From Cyanophora paradoxa CCMP329 (Eukaryota; Plantae; Glaucophyta): a stretch of 64,000 nt of DNA. Positions 13,151-23,772 of this stretch are shown here, piece after piece (within the stretch, counting starts at the first letter, position 1; every line of letters starts with the position of its first letter). A program made the translations under genes and the position numbers. A model generated the notes under the pieces. The model saw only the letters and a program-made list of their open reading frames with translations. It was not told the origin of the DNA and searched no databases. The stretch is from NCBI GenBank assembly GCA_004431415.1, contig QPMI01000482.1, forward strand, positions 434,001-498,000, read 5' to 3'.

Positions 13151-14441
13151 AAGTACTGCGCCGGGCGGCCCGACCGCGGCTTTCGCAGCTGCGACCGGCC
13201 GCGGACTCGCGCTTGCGGCTCGATGTCGAAAGTCGAGATATCGCTCGCTCGCCCGGCACTCTTCGAATTTCGTTTCTGCGCAGCCGCAAATTCGCGCTCA
13301 GGGATCGAAATTTGAATTCCGGGCTCGTCATGCCCAGGCGCAAAGAATCGCCGCGGACCGGAATTTTCGGTCTTGTTTGCCGTGACTGTCAGCTCCTCGG
13401 TCAGCCATCGCTCCGCCATCGCTTAAGAAGAGAGTGGAGGAGCCCCGGGGGATCCAATCTGTTTTCGCGCAAATTTGCGTCGACTAACAGTGATGATCGA
13501 CTTTTTGCGCGAATTTGCGTCCGCAGGCGCACGCACGTACGAAAGGCAGAATTCGAAGGCCAGCTGCGCAGCTGCTCGCCCTCTGCTGCCAGAATTGCGG
13601 GCCGGGGCCGGCCAGAGCTAGACAAGGACCACGTGCACCTAGCTGCGAAAAGGCAGAGGAGTAAGTTCAGGCGTGAGGTGTATGTAAGTTCGAGTGTTTT
13701 TTTTCGCGGCGCAAATTAAAACATTAACATGCACGAGCTCGCGAGGCCGCGCGCGCTCGCGATCGAGAGGAGCTAGAGGCCCTCGAGGGGCCGGCCGGGG
13801 ATCCGGATCCGGAGCTAGATCTAGAGGAGATCTAGATCTAGAGGGGGCCGGGCTCGAGGAGCTCGAGGCCCCTTATAATTAGCTTTAGATATGGAGGAGA
13901 GGGGGAGGTGGCCATGGTGGGGGGGGGGGGGGGGGGGGGGGGGCGGGCGATTTTTGGGGAAGGACCCCCTTAAGCTTCCCCTTCCCCCACTTGGGGGTGT
14001 CACAGTGTTCGGGTGCCCACCCCGGGGCCCAGGGGCCGGAGGAGGAGGGGGCCACCACCCGGGGGTGTCACAGCTGGAGGAGAGGGGGCCGGGCTGGAGG
14101 CCTAGCGCTAGCAGGCACCCTAGATTTGGAGGAGGGACAGGAGAGGCCTGAGGGGGGCCGGGCTATCTAGATTTAAATTTAGATCTAGAGCTCGAGCGGG
14201 CGCGGCGGCGCAGTCAGCTGCAGGTTTAGATGCATGCCGGTGCAGCAAGTTGCAAGTTGAAACTGTGGTGCCGGGCCGGGGTGCAATCTTTCGAATTCAC
14301 ACATTAGAGAAAAGCTTTACATCTACGCTTCAATTCAGAGCTGCAATGCTGTACATTTACTTCAGACAGAATTGATGTGAGCCGGCTAGCTAATCAACGT
14401 TGGACGCTAATTCATCCTTATCTGGCGAAGCAGGTCTCACG

Positions 14442-14500
14442 CCAAGCAAATTGAAGCTTTTACAACGGAAAACCAAGCAAATTGAAGCTTTTACAACGGA
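14442..14500. repeat. Exact 28-bp tandem duplication (period 31)
   Basis: CCAAGCAAATTGAAGCTTTTACAACGGA at 14442-14469 and 14473-14500. Confidence 0.95.
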
Positions 14501-14632
14501 GCCAGCAAGGCTCGAGCAAAAATGGCCAAAAAGGTCCGACGATCATATCGTGAAGGGAATCGATCAGGGATCGCAGAGGCAGTGGCGACGCGACGTCTGT
14601 ATAGTGGAGGCAGGGGCGCCGGCGGGCCGGAC

Positions 14633-15570
14633 TCAACCGTGGTCCGCGAGGTCGGCCGCGAGGCGCTGGGCGACGGCGCGCGCGAGGGCGGCGTCAGCGC
14701 CGCTGGGAGCATGCCCGTTCCCGCCCTCTTCCGCCTCCCGGGTCGGGATCTCGCGGTCCGGGATCGGGCTGGAGCGCGGCGTGGAGCCCGCTGAGCGGTT
14801 GCCGCTCCAGAACACTGCGGGGCGAGCAGCCGCGCGGTCAGAGAGAGTGTGCGCATTGCTGACCGTGGGGATGCGCACTGTGCGAGCCGGAATACCGGCG
14901 CATCACGTTGTAGCCCCTGTTGCGCGCGGGAAGGTTGCGGGCGTCCTGCACAGGCGCCGTTAGCGAGATCGAATCTCGCGAGGCGGGGGCGCACGGCGGC
15001 CGCACGTCCGACAAAGATTCGTCGCCATGCAGGGACTCGATGTCGCTGTCCTCCATCACGCCGCGCTCGCAGGTAAGATCGATTTTGACGTCTGCGCCGA
15101 AGGTGAGGAATCGGCCTTGAAGTTTGGGGCGACGGGAAGAAACGAACGCGGGGCGAGCTTCGCGGCCCGCCGGCGACTCTCCTCGAGCGCCTCGCCCGCG
15201 GCCTCCAGGCTCGCGAACTCGGTCACCGCTAAGCCTGTGCGCATGCAGGCAGAGATAAGTCGTACGCGTCGGGCTGAGGGAGCGTGCCCGACGCAGTAAA
15301 TTTGGACACACGAAAATGTCCGCAATCATCCGACACCATGGAAGTCTTCTTGACCTGCGAAGAGCGCGCGCGCAAGGAGGTGCTGAGAATCGCGCATGCG
15401 GGGCGCTGGAAGCACACGCAGGACTCTTAAGATGCCATGCTCTACAGTGCAGGCGGCAGCGCGACGGCGGGGCGCGCGGTGCAGACCGGGAAGCCTTCGA
15501 AGAGCTTCCGGACGACGTCCTCGTGCACTTCCGGGCAGTTTCGACCGCAGCTGAGCACGAGCGTAGACAT
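14633..15570 (-). CDS. Putative divergent RRM-domain protein
   Basis: Exons MSTLVLSCG..VHEDVVRKLFEGFP / VKKTSMVSDDCGHF / LAVTEFASLEAAGEALE / VKIDLT resemble RRM helix 1, RNP1 with helix 2, and beta4. An acidic, Ser-rich tail follows. Some exon phases are ambiguous. Confidence 0.5.
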
Positions 15571-16059
15571 GCGATTGCTTGAAGTCGCGGGAAATCGCCA
15601 GGAACGGCTGGGTTTCGAGCACAGCAGCTGCTGGAAAAAAACACGGACGGGGTACAGCGCCTTAGTCCCAGCGGCGCTGGGCGTGAATGGCGGGCGCCCG
15701 ACTGCGGGCACGGGAAGCTCGTGCTTGCAGGTCGGCACGCCAACCGTCGACCTCCGCGATGGCGAGATGGGCGAAAGCTGACCGCACGGCGTTCCGGCCT
15801 TTCCTCGCGCAGTTGCTGCGGCCGTCGGCATGTCGATGATATGAAGCGGCCCCATACATCACGGAGGGGCGCTGGCAACGAGCTTTGGGGGAAGATCGTC
15901 AAGGTGCATATGGCGGTCGCTCCGACGCAATCCCCACGCCGCCCTAACGACACACGCCGCTTCACAGGTCGTCCTTTTCGTCCCGTTTCTGCTCCTGAAG
16001 ATCACCTGGTTCCTGGTGAAAGTCATAGTGTGTTTGGTCGCCCTAGCGGGATGCATCGT

Positions 16060-19000
16060 ATGGGCGACTATCAAGGCCATCTTCCGGCGGTGCGGCGCTT
16101 CCCGCAGGCCATTTCCTTGACCATCGCGCCGCCCTGATTGCTCCTCGCTAGGCTGTCGATGCTCTTTTCGCCATGGCAGCGCCGCTACTCGCAGGAGGAG
16201 TTGGAGGAGATTGAGGACCAAGCGCGGGATCATCTGGAGAGCGAACATGAGCTATTTCCGTCGGTGCGACGCGCCCTCGGCCGCCTGACCGCTCCCTTCG
16301 CTTGCGGCGCTTCGGCCCGTCGCGCAACTCAATAGTGTGCCCTTCCGACTTGCGCAGTTCTTTGACCGTCTTCCGGGCATCGTCAGCGACTTGTTCTCTT
16401 CCGACCCGGTCCTTCAGCTCGCCGCGGTACTGGATCTCGAGGAAACGCTGTCAGCAGGTGCGACGTTCGCCTTCGCGCGGTGTGTGCTCTGTGCCGACCC
16501 GGTGTTCCCACAGACAACTGTGCTGCTGCTGCATTTGAGGATATGGTCGCTCACGCGATCGATGCGGGCGCTGTAACGCGCATATGCAAGATCCTCACTT
16601 CGACGACCATACCCGCGCTGCAGGCGTCGGCCGCGGAGGTGCGGCGCGCTGTGTTCCGCGTGGCGTGCGCTGGTCGCTCACGGGCGCGACGCGCAGGTCC
16701 TGACTGTGATGGCTACTGAGGCGTCGGCGCTCATGAAGCCCTACGTGGATTCGATCGTCCCCGCTTTCGTGCAGCTAACGTGGTCGAGGGAGACTCGAGT
16801 CGTAGAGCTGGTGCGCCTTGCTCGCAGCCGGCGGTCGCGCGCCACAGCGCCGTGCCGTCAATCGCCGCTGACCGCCCCGCTCGCCGCGCAGGGCCTGGAA
16901 TCTATCGCGTCGCTCGCCGAATGCGTGGCGTTCCGCGATATGGTCATCAAGCACAGGTTCGGAGCTGCGCGTCGCCGGGCCGTGTGGCTCGCGGCTCACT
17001 TGCGCCCGCAGCACCGTACGGTTAGCGACGCGAAAGCTCTCCGAGTCGGATCGCGACGGAAAGAACACCGTCAGGTGCGGCCCGCAGCCCCACTCCGCAT
17101 CGGCTCTTCGCACCGTGCAGGGCGCCGATGCTGCGCTCGCGGCGGCGCGCGCGCAGCCGGCGGAACGCAGCGCTGGCGCTGCGGAACCTGGCGGACGGCC
17201 CGCCCTCGAACGAGCAGGTGGCGGCGATGAAGAAGGCGCTCTCGGTGCTGGTGCAGACGCTGACGGACGCGGACGCCGTGCTCGTGCGGCGCGTCTCGAC
17301 GGCGATCGCCTGCATGGCGCGCGGGCCGCCAGCCCAGATCCAGTCCGTCGTCGACTCGGGCGCCTGCGCCAAGCTCGTCGACCTCCTTAAGTGCGCCTTC
17401 CCCCCTCCTGCCCGCCCGCCCGCCGCCGAGGCCGCGGGGCGCCGCAGGAAGCCCGAGACGTCGCTGGGCGTCCAGACGGCGGCGCTGCGCGCGGTCGGCA
17501 ACATCTGCGCCGGCGGGCAGAAGCACGCGCAGGTCCGCCGCCGCCGGCGCACGAGGCGCCCCGCCGCGCGCCCCTTCCGCCGACGCGCCGGCGCGCAGGT
17601 CATGATCGACTGCGGCGTGCTGCCGTGCCTCGCCAAGCTGCTCGTGCACACGCACAAGGGCCTGCAGGAGGACGCCTGCTGGGCCGTCGGGCACATCACC
17701 GCCGGCCTCTCCTCCCAGATCCAGGTCCGCCCCTCCACGCCCGCCCCCTCCCCGGCCCCGTGCCCCCCGCCGAGCCGCGCCGGCGCGAGCGCAGACGGTC
17801 ATCGACGCCGGCATCCTCCCTCTAGTCATCCAGCTGATGTCGCTCGTGGACCCGGCGATGCGCCAGTACGCGACGGTCGAGTTCGCGACGGTCGTCGTCT
17901 CGAACATCAGCCTCTACGGCACCCCCCAGCAGGTCCTGTGCGCTTCGCCCCCGCCTGTCCCCCGGCCCCGCCCTCCCCGCGGTGTCCGCTCATCGCTGCC
18001 CCGGCGCCGCGCGAAGGTACATGGTGGGCCAGAACTGCCTGGAGGCGCTCGGGAGGCTGCGGAACGACCGCGACGCCTCGACGGCGCGGCTGGCGCGCGG
18101 GGCGATCCAGAACATCTCCAAGACGCTGGGCTGGCCCGCCAGCTTCACCCGCAGCCTGCAGATCCCGAGCCGTGGCCAGGCCGCCGTGCTGGCGGCGGCG
18201 GCGGCGATGGGAGCCAAAGGCGCGGCCGGCGCGGACCCGGCGGCAACGGCGGCGGCGGCGGCAGCGGCGGCTGCGGCGGCCCCGCGGAGGACAAGGCGAA
18301 GCAGGAGGCGGCGAAGCAGGAGGCGGCCAAGAAGGCGGCGGCGCCGGCGGGCCCGACCGTGTCAGCGCTGAAGCCCGTCCCGCCCAAAAACAAGCCCTCG
18401 GAGCCCAAGAGGCAGCCCGAGCCGCCCAAGGAGGTCCCCAAGGAGCAGAAGGAGAAGCCCAAGGGCAAGGAGGCGGCGACCCCGCAGGCGGCCGCCTCGG
18501 CGCAGGCGGCGGCGGCCTCGCCGGCGGAGGGCAAGGGCAAGGAGCAGCACAAGGCGCCGTCGACCCCGGCGTCGCCGCAGGCGGGCGGGCGGGGCGGGGG
18601 CGGGGGCGGAGGCGCAGGCGCATCGACGGCGCCGATCCTGGAGGAGGTCGTGTGCGGCCTGCCGGCCTGCAAGGAGGCCTCCCGCGCCATTCGCGCCGAC
18701 GAGCCCTGGGCCGACGTCCGCTGCTCCAAGCGCTGCCGGTCCGCCCCCGCCCCGCCCCGCCCTGCGCGCCCCCACCCGCCCCTGACGCGCCCCGCCCGCG
18801 CAGCACCGCGACGCACAAGTCGTGCTGGCGGAACCACTGCCGCGTCTTCGGGCTCCGCACCGGGGGCGCCGGCGGGCGCTGCCCCGTCCCGAAGTGCCCG
18901 GGCCGCATCCAGTCGGCGCACGTGACGACGGGCCCGCCGCCGGAGACCTCCGAGTCGGAGGAGGACGGGCCGGAGGAGGAGGAGGAGGAGGAGGCGACGG

Positions 19001-20077
19001 GGAGCGACCGCGGGGCGAACCGCGCCGGCAGCGGCTCCCGCGGCTCCACCCCGCCCCGCGAGCGGCGCGCCGCCTCCCCCTCGTTCCGCCAGACGCAGGC
19101 CCGCCTCTTCGAGCCCGAGCGGCGCGAGCGGTGCGCCCCGCCCGGCCCGCCGCGCGCCCCCGCGCCGCTCACCGCGCGGCAGGCCGACGGCGGCGGCGAC
19201 GGCGACGGAGACGGTTCCGGAGTTCTCGTGCCCGCTCTGCGACATCACGGTGAACAGCCAGAGCCAGCTCGACAAGCACAAGCAGGGCCGGTGCGCGATG
19301 CGCGAGCCGTGTCCCCCGCGAGTGCGCCGCTGCGCGGCCGCGGCCCCTCACGCCCCGCGCAGGAAGCACAAGCACATGGAAGCTATGGCCAGCAACCCGC
19401 CACCCGCCATCCCGCTCCCCCCGTCCCGCTCCCGGCGCCCGTCGCGCCGCAGCCGTCGGCGGCCGCCGCGGCCGGCGCCGGCGTTCGCCGTGGCGGGCGC
19501 GCCGCCGCCGGCAAGCCGAGGTCGTCTCGCCCGCGCGCCACCCGCGGCGCCCGCGTGGGGCGCCGGCTCAGCGGGCGTCCGCGGCGCCGCTGCTCCCGCC
19601 GCCGCCTCCGCCGCTCCGGCAGTTGCCGGCCGCACCGGCGTCTCGCCGCCCGCCCTCACCCCTCTCATCTCCGCCGGGGGCCGCTCGGCGCGATCTCCCG
19701 ACCGCGGCCGCCGCGGCCGCCGCCTCTGTCGCGGCGGCCGCCACCGCCGGCGCGCGCCGCGGGATGGCGGGGGCGAACGCCGCCCCGCCGCCCGCGTGCC
19801 CCTCTCCAGCGCTGTGCCGGCCGCCGGGGCCGCCCCGTCCTCCAGCCGCTCGCTGCCGTCGCCGCCGCCGCCGCTGCCCGTGCCGGGCAGCCCGCCGCCG
19901 GCCCGTCCCAGCTGCACGCTGCCGCCCGGAGGCGGCTCCCGCGCTCGCCCCGCGCGCTGGCTCCTCCGCCGGCGCCTCTTCGCTCGCGGCCGCCGCCTCC
20001 GGGAGCGGCCTGGCGGCGCCGCTGCGCCCGACGGCGGCCGGCCAGGCCCTCCACACGCTCTCGCAGGCGGCCGCGGC

Positions 20078-20112
<35 letters not shown>

Positions 20113-21037
20113 CGGCGCAGGCGCTGGCGGCGGCGGGGCCGATGGGCGGCGTGGCGGGCACCTCGTCGGCGCTGGCGACGGAGGACCCGATCGTCTACAG
20201 CACGGCCCGCAAGGCGGTGGCCGGCGCCGATGTCGCCCCCGCACCCGCAGCCGCTGGGCCTGGGCCGGCGGCGAGGCCGGCCGCGGCTCGCCCGCGCCGG
20301 CGGGCGCCGCGGGGCGAGCGAGGAGGACGAGGAGGGCGACTCGCTGGCGCCGGCCGCGCCCTCGGCCTCGCTGGTGGACTCGGTGGCGGGGCGCGCCGCC
20401 CCGCCGGGACAATCGGCTCGGCGGCCCCGGCGCGGCGCGACCCCTGGTTCCACTTCGGCTTCGGCTCCTCCATGTCCGTCTTCAACTTCAGCCTTTTCGG
20501 CAACGAAGCGCCGCAGCCCCAGCCCCAGCCCCAGCCGCTCCCGCCGACTCACCACGTCGCCCACACCCATGTGCCGGCCCGCGTCTCCGCTGCCGCTTCC
20601 GTCGCCGCAACCGCCCCCGCCGCCGCGCGGGCGCGAGCATGGGCGCCGCCGGGGGCCCCGGCGCGCACTCTGGCCCGGCCGGGCGCGCCCCGGGCGCCGG
20701 ATCCGGGTACGAGCTCTTCCCCGGCTTTCGCCACTTCGGCTTCGGCCGCTGGCCGACGGCGCGGCGGGCGCGGCCGGGGCGGCGGTGCGGCGGCCGGCGG
20801 CGGCGAGGAGGGGAGGAGGAGGAGGACGCGCTTGCGGGGCGCCGCGGGCGCGTGCACGCGCCCGACTGCGAGGCGTTCGAGGGGCAGGACGGCGAGCAGT
20901 CCTCCCCGCCCGCCTCCCCCACCGTCTCCATCGGGGGGTACAGCGCGTCGGACATGAAGACGGACTGCCTCATCTGCTGCGCCAACCCGTCCAACGCCGT
21001 CATCCTCGAGTGCGGTGCGTGCGGCCTCCGATCAGCG

Positions 21038-21080
<43 letters not shown>

Positions 21081-21253
21081 ACCCCCCCCCCCCCCCCCCC
21101 CCCACCCCCCCCCTCCCCCCTCTGCCCTCTGATCGCGGCACCCCCTCCGCAGGCCACGCCTGCCTGTGCATGGGGTGCGCCTCATCGGGCCTCAGCAGCT
21201 GCCCCATCTGCCGCGAGCCCATCTCCCGTGTCGTCCGCGTCTACCGTTCCTAG
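16060..21253 (+). CDS. Importin-alpha-like ARM-repeat protein fused to a Cys-rich domain, a matrin-type C2H2 finger and a C-terminal C3HC4 RING
   Basis: ARM repeats: IQSVVDSGACAKLVDLL, AALRAVGNICAGG, MIDCGVLPCLAKLL, EDACWAVGHITAG, QIQTVIDAGILPLVIQL. Zinc finger: FSCPLCDITVNSQSQLDKHKQGRKH. RING: CLICCANPSNAVILECGHACLCMGCASSGLSSCPICREPISRVVRVY*. Confidence 0.8.
21038..21120 (+). repeat. Intronic poly-C tract
   Basis: About 80 nt of nearly pure C within the last intron of the RING gene. Similar G/C runs occur at about 1426-1450, 5387-5420, 13919-13943, 35718-35742 and 43394-43416. Confidence 0.85.
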
Positions 21254-21710
21254 ATCTATCTTTCGATATTAATCGATGCACCCTTTTTCCGCTCGTGTCG
21301 TCGTCGCACAGAGTTTCGTCCGCTGTCGATCCAGTTTTGAGCTGTCTGTTAAGCAACAGCGAACGCGTTTTTGAAGCTGCCCCATTCTCTACGACACGGC
21401 CCGGGATAGATCGTCGACTCGCATCCGAAGGGCTCCCAAAACGATAGCGGGCGCGGGGGGATGTCGATAGCGGAATATATAGACGAGCAGCTAATATTGC
21501 ACACAATTGCAAGACGCATATCTGAAACCGATGAGTACTGCAGCTGCGTGCTCGCGTGCTCCACGAGCATTAGCTCTCGATCGCCGGCTCTGGTGGACAG
21601 GTCAGCATGGCCGAGCGCGCGACCATCCAATCATGACGTGGGCTAGAAAAGGACACCTGCCATTGAAGGCTTCGCGTGAAGAGGCGAGGGCTGGACACGT
21701 GCGGGTCGCG

Positions 21711-22166
21711 TCAGTCGAAAAGCGTGTTGACGTCGAACCCATGGTCGCTGCTCGATGGTCCCGCCAGCGTCGGCGCGGGCTGCTTGAGCAGCTGGTCCAG
21801 CTTCGCAGCGGGGTCGATCGCATCGTCTGCCGCGACTCCTTCCCACTCGAGGTCCGACTCGTCGTAATCGCCGCTGTTCGCGCTAACAGCTGCGGCCGCT
21901 TCGCGGTGACGACGCTCGCGTTCAATGGCGGCGTCGACGGGCTCAAAGTGTGCGTCGAGATCGGTGGAGTGTGCGTCCAGCGGGTAGAGGCATGCCTGCG
22001 CGAACGTAAGCGCGATGTCCTTTCGATCGCAAGTGACGCGAAGCGCGCTCACCTGTTCGCCGCACATCCACAGCGCTTCGTACGAGAAGCCCGGGCGCTT
22101 CAACCCGACCTTGTGGGCTGCCATCGCTCCGCCGCAAGCTGGGCATCGCGCGCTTATCCCAGGCAT
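21711..22166 (-). CDS. Small Zn-ribbon protein with an acidic tail
   Basis: MPGISARCPACGGAMAAHKVG...EALWMCGEQ|ACLYPL after removing a GTGAGC..CGCAG intron; four Cys in a CxxC...CxxxxC arrangement. Confidence 0.55.
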   Translation of the reverse strand: MPGISARCPACGGAMAAHKVGLKRPGFSYEALWMCGEQVSALRVTCDRKDIALTFAQACLYPLDAHSTDLDAHFEPVDAAIERERRHREAAAAVSANSGDYDESDLEWEGVAADDAIDPAAKLDQLLKQPAPTLAGPSSSDHGFDVNTLFD

Positions 22167-22441
22167 GTCGTTCCGCCGCGCTGCGCTCCTCCGCCAGTCG
22201 CCGGGCGCTGGGCAGCCGCTGTCGCCTGCAGCTCCTTTCGCGCGTGTGGCGGACCGGAAGCGCTTATTGATTTCGCTCTCGCGGGACTGTTTGCACTGCG
22301 TGCGCGCCGGCGGAAGCGCGGGTCGTTGAGTGTTGGCCGCAGTTGGCCGCTGTTGGCGCACGAAAGGGGTACACGCACACCACCTCCGACCACTTCTGCG
22401 AGCGTGAGGCGCCGTCTCCGCCGCCGTGAGCTAAAGTTGCC

Positions 22442-23630
22442 ATGTCGGGCCCCACAGCGAGCGAGTTTGTGACCGTGATGCACGAGCGCGAGGCGAAACA
22501 CGGCTTGCAGCAGGCGTTCGAGCGGTGCGCGTTCGCCTCTCGCTGTGCTGTCAATGCGCATCTCGCCGCTCTTGCCGCATTTTGGCACTGCGTGTGCGCG
22601 TTCGGGAGCTCTGAATGCGGCGCGCTGCGCTCTGCGGTGGCGCAAGTTTGCGGCGGCGCTCTGAACTCCGCGGCGCAGGTTTTTCGCAAAGCAGCAGGGA
22701 CGTTGGTTAAGCGATCGCACGTACCATCACGTTGCGCACGAGCTGCCGCGAGGTGCGCCTTCTCCTCGCCTGCGCTGTTCGATCTCTCCTCACCCCTCGC
22801 GGCCGGCGCGGCTGCAGCGCACGTGGAGCGTAGCACAACGGACTTCACCATCGCATCTATCGATCGAGATTCAAAGGAGAAGGTGCGCGTGCGTTAGTAC
22901 CGCAGGCCAGCTCGCCGCGAGCAGCTCTGGTCCACAGGTGCTGACGGCGGTGAACAAGGAGCTCTCTCCCGCTGCCGTCGAGTGCGCTGTCGGCTTCCGT
23001 GTCCTCTTCGACACTATCTTGGAGAAGGTGCTGATTCCTGTCGATCCTCTTCGGTGCCGCTGGCTGACCCGCCGACGCAACAGGAGCACGTCCAAGGCGG
23101 TTGCGACGCGCTCTTCGTGCCGACAAACTTCGAGGCGAGTGCTGCCCATCGGGATGCAGGGTCTCTTGCAGTTCGTAGACCGTCGGACTTATTCTCACAG
23201 CGGCCGCGGGCTCGCAGAACAGCATCGTCAAGGGCACATACTACCGTGACCAGGGCTTCGAGGAGCCGACACCGAAGGTCTCGGAATTCACCTTTGACCC
23301 CGATAAGAACGAGGTCAGCAGGCTGGCCGACCGGATCTCATCGATCGCCTCGCTGACGCAAGAGGCGTGCAGCTCACGATGATAACGACGTACCAGCGCG
23401 TGACGAGCGTGGACAGCGTCATCCTCCTCAACGACAACACGCGGGTGCGCTTCGTCGTTCTCAAGATCGCACACGCCCCGCGCGCGTTCAACGGAGTCCC
23501 CGGGCGCGACCAGATCCGCAAAATCTTGAACTTCGCGCTCGACCGCGGCGGCAGCGACGGGCCCGGCGGCCGCGGCGAGCTGAGCATGGCCGGCTTCGCT
23601 CTGGAGCACCGCGCGGGGCCCGAAGCCTAG
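22442..23630 (+). CDS. CpcS/U/V-family (CpcV-like) phycobiliprotein chromophore lyase
   Basis: Spliced: FERFFAKQQGRWLSDRTYHH, VERSTTDFTI, GFRVLFDT, LFVP, GTYYRDQGFEEPTP, FTFDPDKNELTMITTYQRVTSVDSVILLNDNTRIRKILNF, GFALEHR. This is the motif order of S-type lyases; SVDS and RIRKILN resemble the CpcV subgroup as I recall it. Confidence 0.85.
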
Positions 23631-23772
23631 CCCGGCGGGCTCTTTTGGAGAACTAGTAATAATTTTAACATGATTCGAAAAGTATACAACTATGCAGATG
23701 CATACAGAAATACCGTGGCGAAGCAGAGAGCGGATAGCGTGACGAAATAGCGGGGCAGTTGGAGGGGGCGCG

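Noticed and set aside
14442-14500. 28-bp duplication as a transposon target-site duplication or LTR remnant
   Set aside because: The copies are 3 nt apart with nothing inserted; it is a simple tandem duplication.
21038-21120. Long poly-C/G tracts as poly-Pro/Gly coding sequence
   Set aside because: They mostly fall inside introns defined by conserved flanking exons, and their lengths are unreliable in assemblies.
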